A stretch of DNA of 64,000 nucleotides from Lobosporangium transversale (lineage: Eukaryota): positions 434,001 through 498,000 of the forward strand of contig NW_019029006.1 in NCBI RefSeq assembly GCF_002105155.1, in the 5' to 3' direction. Of the stretch, positions 37,954 through 49,751 are shown in pieces. Numbering within the stretch: the stretch's first letter is position 1; the number at the start of each line of letters is the position of its first letter. The notes under the pieces are model-generated. The model was not told the DNA's origin and did no database searches. It saw nothing but the letters and a program-made list of their open reading frames with translations. A program made the position numbers and the translations under genes.

Positions 37954-40900
37954 TCAATAACTACATAATAACAATAATAATAAATAATAAAGCAATGTCA
38001 GTTTTTTTTTTTTTTTTTTTTTTTTTTTTGGGGGGGGGGGGGAGCCAAGCAGATATTCAGAATCAAACAATACAATACACATAAAATTCGACTTACGTTA
38101 GTGACTCGTTGGGACATTCATCCGTGTAATGAAGGCCATATTCTTCACAGTTCTCGCAGTACTATACAGTAAGCAAAACCGTAAAAAAAAAAAAAAAAAA
38201 TCAATAATGCTGTGCTTATGTGGCCCCACAAAAAACAAATCAAAGCAGACCAAAATAAAATAAAAGTATTACCGGTCGATCATCACCCACGTCTGAAAAT
38301 GTGGTAGTGCCGTTCTGAGCATGCTGTGGTGTCGTCACCGTCTTTTCTCCAGAAGAGCCGCCTGCAGCACCAAAGACAGCACTGCAGCTAATGATATCAT
38401 GACCTTCGACCTCACATATTTCGCAGAAAGGTACATCATCTTTGCCCTGTCCCGCTTGTTTTGGCTTATTATCATTTTGGGAAGCTACAGAAGACGAAGT
38501 TGAAGAATGGGTTTTCTGAGATAGCGATGACCCGCCTTCGGATGCTGTAGATGTACGGTATTCTCCACGAAGATTGCTACTCTGCATAGGTTGCGTCGAT
38601 CGGCCCCCGTACACACCAGTAGTGGTGGATCCATTGGCTCCCATTAGAGCCATGTTTGCATGTGACAATTGGCTCTTCAAATCCGAGACCTCATATTGTA
38701 GGCGATCGATCTGCTTCTGTTTCTGCTGTACTTCTTCTTCCAAATCAGCTTCGTGGAAGATCTTACTCTCAATCAACGATTCCAAATCGGTAAGCTCCTT
38801 GTTCAACTGCGCCACCTCATAAGCTTTGGCTTGATCCAAATCCACCAACCGTTGGCGCAACTCACGCATCTCAATCGCATGAGTCTGGGTGAGCCGGTCC
38901 AGAAGAGCTTGTTTCTCCTTCAAAAGACTTTCAAGCCGGATCACTGACTGGGATTGAGATGATGGAGGAGTGGAATTCTCAGCACCTTCTTTCAAAGGCG
39001 TAATAACCTTAGGTTCGGCATTTTCCATCAAAGCGGAGACATCTGATGCGCTAGCTAACGAGACCGCTGCCAAGCTCTCAGTATGGAGTCTCTCGACCTC
39101 ATCCATGAGTTTGAGGCACTCAGTCTCGACGTGTCGATGAGCCTCCATTAGATTTCCATGTTCTGTCATCAGTTTCTTGTTAACACTTGCCACTTGGACA
39201 TTCTCACGAGTCAAATCATGCACCATCTGCTTCAGATGCGCAACTTCCTCCTCTAGCTGAGCTTCCCTTTCGCTGGACTCGGTGACCTTGGCATCCGTTT
39301 CTGTAGTTGATGGAGTCTTCACCGGAGTAGATGCTGAAAGGGCCAAAGCAGACTCAAGTTCAGAGATCTTTTGGAGCAGCTGGGTTTTATCACCCTGCAA
39401 AGACTTGTTTTCTTCCAGAGTTTTCTCGATATCCGTTAGCTGAGAAGTCTTTTCAGCCAGTTCCTTCTTTGCAGCTTCTGCCTCCTGTTTGAATAGGTCT
39501 CGTTGAGTTTGTGTTTCAACAAGTTCAAAGTTGACGTCTTCGGACTTGGCAGTCTTTTGGACAATCTCTAGTTGCATCGCTTCGCACTGTTCCCTCCATG
39601 TCTCGACAGTTGATGCAATTGCCTCCAGGTCCTCGATCTTGCCCTTGGTCTCCGCTTCATGCAGCTCGATTGCCTTCTCAGATTCGATTACTTTTGCCTG
39701 CAAGTCAGCAATGTCTTTGTTGAACTTCTCTTGAGCTTCAGTCGATTTAGCCTTGAGCTGCGAAACCTCTGATTCTAGATCAGTCTTCTCAGTTCTGAGG
39801 ATTGCAATCGTGGCCTCTAAACTCACAATCTTGGTCAAAAGCTCTGACTCATTCAATTCCAAGGCTTGAATATCACTGCGAAGATCAGTGATGACGGTGA
39901 TATCATCCGCCACAGCCTCTTCCAGACGCTTCTTTTCATTCTCCCACATCCTTCGCATTCTGTCAACCTCTTCGCTTTGAACCATATCTGCTAGATCCTC
40001 CAGTTCGTGTTTGAGATCTGCTATCTCTTGCTCACGTTTTACGATCGATAACTCATATTCTTTAGTCTTTTCTTCTAGTCCCTTAACAAGCTTTTCACTC
40101 TTAGCCAGCAATGATTGGGTCTCTTGGAGTTCAACTTCAACTTCCTTAACCCTAGTTTCAGACTCAGATTCTCTTGTTCGCCGAAGCTCCAACTCATGAT
40201 CAAGACGTGCCTGAACTTCATGCAGAAGCTCTTCAGAATGATTGGCATCCCGGAGAGCAGCCTCCAGCTTGGACTGAAGGGCTTCTGTAGTAACCTTGAG
40301 AACTAATTCCAAGTCATCGAGTCTTGTTTGAAGGTCATCACGCTCGCGTTCTAATAAGGCTATTTGCTCTGCATAGTCAGCCTGTGCGGTCCGCAGAGTT
40401 TCGTCAACAGCGTCCAAACGGGCTTCATCCTCCACTGCACGCTGATTCAAAAACGCAATTCTATGCTCAGCTTCTTCTAAATCCTTCTGTAATGAGGCAA
40501 CCAGAGCCTGCTGCTCTTCTTTCTCAATTGCCGCCTCAGAATCCGTTTTAGAGTTTGTACTAACTCCATTCGTCTCCAACTCCCTCAACTTCTCTTCAAG
40601 CTCAGTCTTTTCTTGTAGCAGCGCTGTTCGCTCCTTTTGTGAACGTGCAGCATCCAGCCAAGCTTGTGTCATCTTCTCAGTGATACCCTTGATCTCTTGG
40701 TCTTTGGCTGCCTTTTCCTTCTCCCATTCTGCTTTCATAGCATGTAGCTCTTCCAATTCTTGTCCGAGACGCTCGTCGATTCCTCCACGGCCTAAACTCT
40801 TACTTAAAAATGTACGTTCCTCATAAGAAAGAGATTCACGCTTGTCAAGAAGACGGGTCATTTCAAGCTGGGTCTTTGTCTGACTCATTTCTGTCTTGAG

Positions 40901-42704
40901 CATGTTGTTTTCTGCAACAGCTTCACCAAAATCCGATTGAAGCTGCTGAAGTTGGGCAGCTAAATTATTGTCTTGAGGCGATTCAGCCATCTGAACTAAT
41001 GCGGCTTGATCCAGTAGGTTTGAAGAGAGGGTAGAAGGAGCCGAGCCATTAACACTTGTATCTGAGTGATCTGACGCACGTGAGGAAAGACGACGAGGCG
41101 ATGCTAAACGTCCTGGCGTTGGGGAGGTCCTTGGTCGACCTGAAATAGAGGTTGGTGGAGATGTTGTGGATCCAGCGCGACCCAAAGTCGTGGATTTATT
41201 GGCAAGTGATAACAGCGAGGCTCTTGAACCTGGTTGAGAGAGACGACTTCCTAGATTAGTTTTTGTAACAGAAGCTGTGGGTGTGGGCGAGATTGTTTGA
41301 GGACTGGTGGTATTTCGAGTTATTGAAGATGATCCTGATGTAAGGTCGCTTGTGCTCTGTTGTTGTGAAAGACGTGAGTTTGCGGGCTGTGGCATTGTGC
41401 TGCGCTGCTTCAGTTGGCTGGCAGTAACTCCAATGTATTTTGAGGCCCTAGACCCTGCAGAGATCCTGGCTGCAGCTTGAGCAGCATGGTTGACTGGTGA
41501 TGAAGTGATGCGAATATCTTCTTGAATGGATGAAGGCTGACCTGTGACAGCGGGTGTGGAGGGAAAAGGAATCAGGAGCTCTGTTTTCACAATCTTGTTA
41601 GCCAGAACAAAAATACCACACTTTGGACGACAGTTGAAATATTGCACCCTTCAAAACAGAAAAGACGGGAAATGTTAATTCCAGGCTCACTTTCACCTTT
41701 GGGAATTGCAAATATATCCAGACCGAAAAAAAAAAAAAAAAAAAAAAAAAAAAGAAAGCAAAGACATACCCATTCACACTTCCGTCGTTTTTTCCAGTGG
41801 GTGTGTCGAGCTCAATACCGGCCCAGATGCCAGTCTTGAATTCGGTTGGGCCGATAAAACGCAGGTATCCTGACAGACTCATGCTCTCGACCACAACCCT
41901 GTCGCCAAGCTCAATACCTTCGAGTGATACAGGAAATTGATTCTGGCTCTGACTTTGTATTGTGGGCGATGTCAGAGCATTGATTTGTTGAAGCTGCTGC
42001 TGCTGCTGTTGCTGTTGTAACCCTGTCTGACCCATGCTAGGTGGACGCTGAAGCTGCGGTTGTTTCACCAGTGAACGTGCTGAGGCGGATCCCGTTCCAA
42101 TACCTGGGCCTATAGATAGTCTAGTAGAACGAAGTCCTGATGGTGAATCTGCAGCTGGCGAAGGTGTAGCAGAAGTAAAAGACTGGAGTGAAGGTGATAT
42201 GGTAGAATATACAGTAGTGGTTGCCCGGATGTTGCTCTCGTGTCCAATACTGGAACGTGGATTACTTGCTCGTCGCGCTTGAGACAATCGATAGGAGAGT
42301 GGCGAAGCTAGAACACCTGGCGGCGTAGCGCCGCTATAGTTTGCGGCAGCAACCTCGGCAGAATATGCTGTCGGGACTGGGGACTGTCGTTGAGGTGAAG
42401 GCGAAGAAGTGTATTTCTGCTCTGTTCCTGCGCTTGAGGTTGTGTCGGAACCAACCGATTCAGCTCTTTTTCGGTTAGGATCAATGAGTCCTGGGCTATG
42501 GATAGCAATAGCCTCTGCAAGGAGAGATTGCTGCTCTGGAGTCATGTTCTGAAAACTCTTTAGTCCTGTGGCAGAGGAGAGCGTGGGCATAAAAGAACGC
42601 CGTTGTAGGACACTCGCAGGAGCAGGAATACCTGTGAGAGGTATGGGGCCACCGGTGCCTGGCGCCTTGGGCGACTTGTTGCCTTGTGGCGTTTTTGGAG
42701 CCAT
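37954..42704 (-). CDS. CLIP-170/Bik1/Tip1-like CAP-Gly coiled-coil microtubule plus-end protein; exons 42704-41770, 41648-38273, 38161-38097, 37960-37954
   Basis: CAP-Gly GIWAGIELDTPTGKNDGSVNG|VQYF.C....GIF, long coiled coil, two zinc knuckles (FCEICEVEGHDIISC; YCENCEEYGLHYTDEC), C-terminal ESLTY*. Confidence 0.9.
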
Positions 42705-44265
42705 TTCTCTCTCTTTTACTTTAATAAACGTGGAAAAGAGACAAGATGAAGTATGTGTGGGAATAGCGTTGTTTGGATTCGCTTCTCAGGAGAAAAGGTC
42801 TGACAGCCAGACAAGTAAGTGTGCGTTTGTCCTTGACGTTTCTTCTTTTCTTTCTGTTAATGAGATGGGGACAGCAGGAAAGGTCAATGTGAGATGTCGC
42901 AAGTAATAAAAAATAAAAAATGGAGGAGAGGAGGGAAGAAAAGTTGGGAAAGGAAAGAATGAATAGGGTGAGCAGAAGAGCGGAAGAGCGGAAGAGAAAG
43001 AGTGAAAGAGCGAAAGAAATGAGAATGGCAATTGCAATGGGGATGAAAGCATAAAAAAAGGGGATGAATGCATTCACGACCATCACACACTCTACTCCTT
43101 TCTCTTTCTCTTCTCTTCTCTTCTCTTCTCTCTTTTCAATCTCTTCTTCTCTTCTCCTCTCTGCAGTGCTCTTATAGCCTTTTTTCTATTGTGTCCTTCA
43201 CTCAATCTCACAGAGTTGAAAGCGCGCGCACTTTTAGGCTAAAAAGGGAAGGGGCATGAGCACAATAACAACGACTCCTTACTCTGTAAACAAACAGCAA
43301 ATTGGATTTCCACACACACACCCCAATAATTAGTGTTGAACTAAACGGTATACCTTTTATTGTGATTATGGTTTTTGTGGTTGTGACAAAACATTGGACT
43401 TGCATCGCATCGCATAGCATCGCATGGCATTGATGGATGTTTCGTTTCTTGTTTACAAATTAACAACTTTAGCCCGTGATGTACACATTCCTCTGACGAT
43501 CACTGGTCGATATCATTGGCATATGGTAAAGTCAAAGCATATCTCATACCCACTGCGATTGCACGAATGAGCGAATCTCACAGACACGAATAAAAAAGAC
43601 GAAGATTGGGAGAAAGAGCAAGGACAGGGATGTTCAACCTCGTTCCCTGCAGCTCTCAATTAATCTCCTCGGACTGACAAGCTGACTGATTAATTGACAG
43701 ACTTACTATTGGTGCTTGTTGACATGATATTTATTTCCTCTTTTCTTTTGTGAAGTACCCGCGTTCACGCGGTTCTTTTTTTTTTTTTTTTTTTATTTTT
43801 ATTTTTTTTAATGTAATCATCTGTGTGCATGATCTGCGCAATACCTACCCATCTGTGTGCTGCGTATTATGTGCCAATGTACTATTCCTCCTTTTGTTTT
43901 TTGCAGCAATTTTTCAAAAAAAAAAAAAAGGAGATTAAGGAAAAAGAGATAGAAAGACTACATGAGATTGAGCATCGACGCCCTTCTTGGACAAAACGAA
44001 CAGAAGAGAATTCTGTTGTTGCTTGGAAGATTGTCAATTCATTTTAACAGTCACGCGTTTTTTTTTGAGAACATCATCCTTCATTCAATTGTCACTCATT
44101 CTCTCTACGCATACATTCTCTCTTCTCCCCTCTTCTACACACTATAATCCTATTTGTTCCTTCCTTTAGGCTTCCTTTTCTTTATTTTTATTTTATTTTA
44201 TTTTTTTATTTAACGCTCAATATATCATTATATATATATTTTGTTTCTAAATTATCTCTTCTACC

Positions 44266-45724
44266 ATGTCTCAATTCACCCATAGTTATCGCATTGTTTC
44301 CCCATCAGACATGGCAATGCCTTCCATCTCATCTACCTCTACACTTCCCTCTTCACTTCCCCTACCTCCAGCCTATGCGAAAGAAAACAACATCACTGCA
44401 GATAGTCTCCCTGATACGACCATGCCTCTTGTTGAGGATCCTTTCACCGCCAATATCATCCACGATACAAGCGACTGCACTTTGGTACAGACCATGGCTA
44501 TGGTAGCAGAAGCTGGTGCAGACGCTGGCGCTGCTGTCTCTGCTAGATCTTCGACACCAGTGCTCCATTCTACTTCGTCCGTTGTGAAACCATCTTTCTC
44601 TTCTTCCTCTTCGTCCTCGTCTTCTTCTACTTCTGCTTCTGTATGTTCAGCGACTGCACCTACGATCTATGCGCCAACAACCATTCGACCTGGATCAGGA
44701 CCTTCAATGTCACTCGGCCAACGCTCTGTCATACGCCCATCGATTGATATACCTCAACCTCAGGCACCCATCGGTCTTCACCATGCACTCGATAGCACCT
44801 ACCCTGCTACACCCAATGCTAAACCTGCGGCAACAACAGCACGTATCCTACCACGCTCAATCGAGTCGTGCGTCCAGGATACTCTCGCTAAAGATCCTCA
44901 GCTCCCTTCTGGCTCCTCCACTCCCTATCTAGGTCCTGGATCGAATGGACATCGCCGTATCATGACTCCAACTAGTCGACTGGCTGAAACTGCAGTTGGT
45001 GTGCGTGAAGTCTCGAAAAAGATAGGCAAGTAACACGCTCTTTTTTCCATTTCATCAGAGTTACATATACCTCTTTCATGGGTTAATTGATTACATCAAA
45101 TGGCGACACTTGGTCACTCTTGCATATCCATATGGCGTTTGTTTATACAAAAGGTTATGCGTCTTGGATGCCAAGCTTGTTCAGTCTTTTTTTTTTGCTT
45201 TTGTTTAAATATTACGTGTTATATCTGAATCTCCGATCACTTGCAATGCATTGTGTACAGACGTGTTTCAGGAACAGCATAAAATGAATAGAAGTTCAAT
45301 TGCCCCATGAGAGCCATCTTATTGATAATATACTCAAGATCAATACGCATACACATCATGTCGCATGCTTCACGTCGTTGCTCCTGTGTGTTGATAAGTG
45401 CTTCTAGTTTAATGGGAACCTAAGATGATGAGACCCTGCACTCCAACGTTTCAATCCTTTGTCCCACCAGGAGCAAACTTTTTAACTTTATCAATGCTCA
45501 CAGATGTATTACAGTATGCTGCTCCTCGCTTATCACTCCTGATAACTAAAATCTTCTGCTAAATCCCATTGCCTATCAGGTCGTGCAAGAGTCAAATGGG
45601 AAACGCCAAAAACAGTAATGATTGTAACAAAGCCAGGAGACGAGTCATTAGTAAAGATTACACGCCAAGTCGCCTTCTGGATGATGTCTACCCGTGGAGT
45701 CACAGTGTAAGGACGATATTAGAT

Positions 45725-45758
<34 letters not shown>

Positions 45759-48210
45759 AATCTTTATATTCTTTAATAACCAATCTGCCATTGCATATGT
45801 ACATCTTTTAATTTTCACAATTAGATTTGTGGAAGACAAGATGAAAGATCAACCAAAGTTTAAATACCCGGCGTTCCTGAAGAGTACGAAGCTCGGTTAT
45901 GACTATACCCATCAGCTCAAATTCTGGACAGCTGATCTCTGTGCTCAAGAAGCCCATCTCTTTGACGTTGCGATCACTGTAAGTTGATTAATGTTGCTGT
46001 GTTTATTTTAAGTAAAGCTTATTTATTGACACTAGCGCAAGCTTGCCCAAGATTTGATACACACAGCAGAGGTCAATTTACCCATTAGTGTACTATACAC
46101 TAATAGCAAGGGCTGAAAATGGAATGATTATATCTTTTTCTTTTTCTTTTTTACTATTATTGTTTTTCTCCTTATCGATACACTAGCTTGGCGGGGATGG
46201 AACTGTTCTCTTTACAAGCTGGCTCTTTCAACGGATTGTACCCCCTATTCTACCCTTCTCTGCAGGCTCATTGGGCTTCCTAACGCCTTTCCCTACAGCG
46301 GATTACAAACAGATTCTTAATACTTGTCTAGACCAAGGTGTGCGAGTCAATCTGCGGATGCGCTTTAGCTGCACTATATATCGGTGTCTTGAACACAGGA
46401 CTGTTGATACGACCAAAAAGAAGAAGCGCAAAGGATCACGCAATAAAAGCGTCAATAAAGATAAGGGATCATCTAATGGACAAACCACATTAATGGATGA
46501 TAGTGACGACGACAATGATGTCCGTCGGCTAGCGCTTCCAACTGTTCTTACCACTCCTACAGAAACATTTGAGATTTTAAACGATTTGGGTAAGGTGGTT
46601 TTGATAACCCTAACAATTAATACTTTTGAATCTCAATGTATTAATAAATATTCTAACTGCCGGTTACCTTACTACACCCATTTATCACAACGGTCTTCTC
46701 CTAACGTGCTTAGTTCTGGATCGAGGGCCCAGCGCCAACCTTAGCCTTTTAGAGCTTTTTGGCGATGAAGAACATCTAACAACAGTCCAGGCTGATGGTA
46801 TTGTGATTTCGACGCCTACGGGATCAACAGCCTACTCGGTAAATGGGATTTGATTGATAAACATGATGATAAGGATTGGATGCAAATGTGTAGTAATGTT
46901 GTTCGAAAATCTGATCATTCCTAACACTTTCATTTTTTATATTTTTTTATTAACTTCCGGATTGCTTCGAAAAGCTTGCTGCTGGTGGGCCGTTAACACA
47001 TCCTGAAATCCCCTCTATTTTGATATCACCCATCTGTCCACATACATTGAGTTTCCGCCCGATGTTATTGCCTGATTCTATGGAACTTCGGATCTGTGTT
47101 CCTTTCGATTCGCGCTCGACTGCTTGGGCTAGCTTTGATGGGCGCGGACGGGTAGAACTTAAACAGGGAGATCATATTAAGGTGACTGCGAGTGTTTATC
47201 CATTCCCAACCATCTGCTCCAGCACTCAATCATCTGATTGGTTTCATTCTCTCTCTCGTTGTTTACGATGGAACGAGCGAGAACGGCAAAAAGGGTTTCG
47301 TGTTGTCGAACATAGTCGACCAAGGAAAACACGACATGCCCCACTATCAACTCCCCCTCTATCTAGCATAAGTACAAATACAGGAGCCAAACCAAGCAGC
47401 ACACATTTCAATGAAGACGGGCAGCCGCAACCACAGTTCCAGTTATTCGGAGAAACTGCCCCTAATAATGGTGCGCATGATGTTCAATATTCAAATCAAA
47501 CTCACGGACACGGGCACGGACATGGACATGCACACGGACACGGACACGGACATGCACACGGACACGGACACGGACATGGACATGGACATGGACATGGGCA
47601 CGGCCAGGATTCGTATTTTATGTGCGGCAATAGCAGCGCTGGCGCCAGTGCCAGTGGCAGCACACGGGCGAAACAGAGCGTACGGCCAGGATTACCAAGA
47701 ATGGTGACTTCAGCGCAAAATGATTACTTTGATCAGTCGCCTCACGACACAGACACGATGCTAACCTGTTGGGGCACCGATTCGAGTGAAGATGACGACG
47801 ATGATGATAGTGACCCTTTGGATGAAAAGGAGGATGATGCAGCTGATGGTGATGGCGAGTGGGAGGATTCAAGCAGCGATGAGGCATACTCTAATGATGG
47901 ACAAGAAATTACTAACCAAAAGAGGGAAGATGATAGCAGTAGTAGAGCTCATGACAATATAAGGAAAGCAAGCAGAAGTGAGGGAAACGATGGTGGCGGT
48001 GATGAGGGTAGTAGTAAGGAAGCTGAAGGCAAAAAGCCTAAAGTTTCCGAGTCATCTCAAAGAACGATATTTACCAGTGGCGGTACAAAAAACATTACAT
48101 TTGCGTCCACAGACACAGACACAGTGGAGACTACTACGAATCGGTTGAAAGATATTTCTATAGAACCAAAGGTTGTTTCAGGCTCAAATAATGGTCATCC
48201 TACTTTATAA
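44266..48210 (+). CDS. NAD(+)/NADH kinase (Utr1/Yef1-like); exons 44266-45025, 45580-45706, 45825-45978, 46187-46589, 46714-46838, 46975-48210
   Basis: LGGDGTVL, GSLGFLTPF, ND motif (LNDLVLDRG), QADGIVISTPTGSTAYS|LAAGG, PICPHTLSFRP, FDGRGRVEL, LRWNER. Confidence 0.95.
47503..47604 (+). repeat. 6-nt coding tandem repeat encoding (HG/HA)17 in the NAD kinase tail
   Basis: CACGGA/CATGGA/CATGCA units, 34 codons. Confidence 0.95.
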
Positions 48211-48372
48211 CTCTGTAGATAATTTTATGCGAACAAATAAGCAAAAAAAAAAGGAAAAGAGCTATATACTATTATAATTAAGGGATAACTGTCGTGCCTT
48301 TAACGACTTTGATTACAACCACTAACGCTTTTGGAGTTCCCTATTGAAGTATGAAGCATGAACATGACCAAT

Positions 48373-48408
<36 letters not shown>

Positions 48409-48431
48409 TATAATAGATTGTGATAAAAAAA

Positions 48432-49751
48432 TCAATCAATCTCAATTGTTGTCGGTAGAGAAAAAGGACGATTCTTTTCCTGATGGTGAACACCACGGCT
48501 AGTTCTGCTACAACTGCTGCTATTATGGCTAATGGTAGCAGTAATTTCGTTATTACTAACTCTTCGTTTTTTAATCTGTTGTTCAAATCCCTGATCATGC
48601 CCATACCCATGCTCATGCTCATACCCATGCTCATGCTCATAATCATAGTCATATCCAAAGCCATCCTCACATCTATGCCTATGTCTTTTCGTTCGTTTTC
48701 TTCGAATAAGCCTTCTCAAATATGCTTCGATGCGTTCTTGCGATTCCTCAATTCTTTGAAGTCTCTTTAAAAGCTCCGACCCGCTTTCAGCAAGGCTGCA
48801 GTTAGGCCTGAGGGCATCAGCGGGAGCAGATATGCAAGTTGTGATAGGATTTGGAATAAATGAAGCAGTGGAAGCAGAACTTGAAGTGGCGATGGGAGCA
48901 GGGCTTGGAATGGAGATGGAACTTGAGATGGTAGTAGTGGGAATAGTAGTAGAAATGGAAGTAGGGGTTGGGACGGGGGTAGGGACAGAATTGGGAATAG
49001 ATATGGAAGTGAGGACGGAGCCGTGGTGCTTAAGTATCCTAGGGGAGGCGCGAGTGGGGATGGAAGTTGAAGTGGTAATAGTATTGTTGGAGGTTAAGGC
49101 TTTACTAATGGGTGGGGTTTTATTGGGAGCAGAGTGTTTGCCTGAAGTAGACGACTTATTGGTAGTAGGTATTTTGATGAAAAAAGATGCTTCGTCAGAA
49201 GCAGACGTTTTGTTGAATGTAGACGTTTTATTGGGCGATGATTTGTTGGAAGATGTTTCGCCAGAAGCAGATGTTTTATTAGTAGTAGACATTTTGTTGG
49301 ATGCAGGTGTTTTGTTGGGATCAATGATTTCGTTGGATATAGATGTTTTATTGAGAGCAACAATTTCTTTGGAAGCAGCGACTGCGTTGGAGATGGCAGA
49401 ACTTAATCGAGCAGCATATTCCTTCTTGAATTGCTTAACGGTGGTGATAGTAGGTGCTGTCGGACAAGGACGTTTGTTAGTCCTTCCGACGATATGCCTC
49501 CTTATTCCTCCATATGTCTGAAAACGGCTACCACAGATGCATAAGTAGTCGTGGTTTATGCTAGGTTGACGATTAAACTCCATGATACAGGATTTGTTCG
49601 AGTTGAATGTATACATTTTCACTTCATGTCTATCCCTGAGATGGCGATTTATATCGGGGTGTTTTGATCCATTGAGATCATGGATGGGGCCTTCCCCTTT
49701 GGGCATGCTAGGGGCTTTGAAAATGCATCGACTGAATGTGCATAATCCCAT
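48432..49751 (-). CDS. Hypothetical protein: N-terminal Cys/His (C2H2-like) region, degenerate 6-aa NKTS-type repeats, coiled-coil/basic segment, His-rich tail
   Basis: 439-aa intronless ORF with RHLRDRH and YLCICGSRFQTYGGIRRH, and repeats NKTSIS/NKTPAS/NKMSTT/NKTSAS. No confident family. Confidence 0.6.
   Translation of the reverse strand: MGLCTFSRCIFKAPSMPKGEGPIHDLNGSKHPDINRHLRDRHEVKMYTFNSNKSCIMEFNRQPSINHDYLCICGSRFQTYGGIRRHIVGRTNKRPCPTAPTITTVKQFKKEYAARLSSAISNAVAASKEIVALNKTSISNEIIDPNKTPASNKMSTTNKTSASGETSSNKSSPNKTSTFNKTSASDEASFFIKIPTTNKSSTSGKHSAPNKTPPISKALTSNNTITTSTSIPTRASPRILKHHGSVLTSISIPNSVPTPVPTPTSISTTIPTTTISSSISIPSPAPIATSSSASTASFIPNPITTCISAPADALRPNCSLAESGSELLKRLQRIEESQERIEAYLRRLIRRKRTKRHRHRCEDGFGYDYDYEHEHGYEHEHGYGHDQGFEQQIKKRRVSNNEITATISHNSSSCSRTSRGVHHQEKNRPFSLPTTIEID

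Noticed and set aside
48832..49521. 229-aa + strand Val/Glu/Leu-rich ORF
   Set aside because: Antisense shadow of the Ser/Thr-rich repeat region of 48432-49751.
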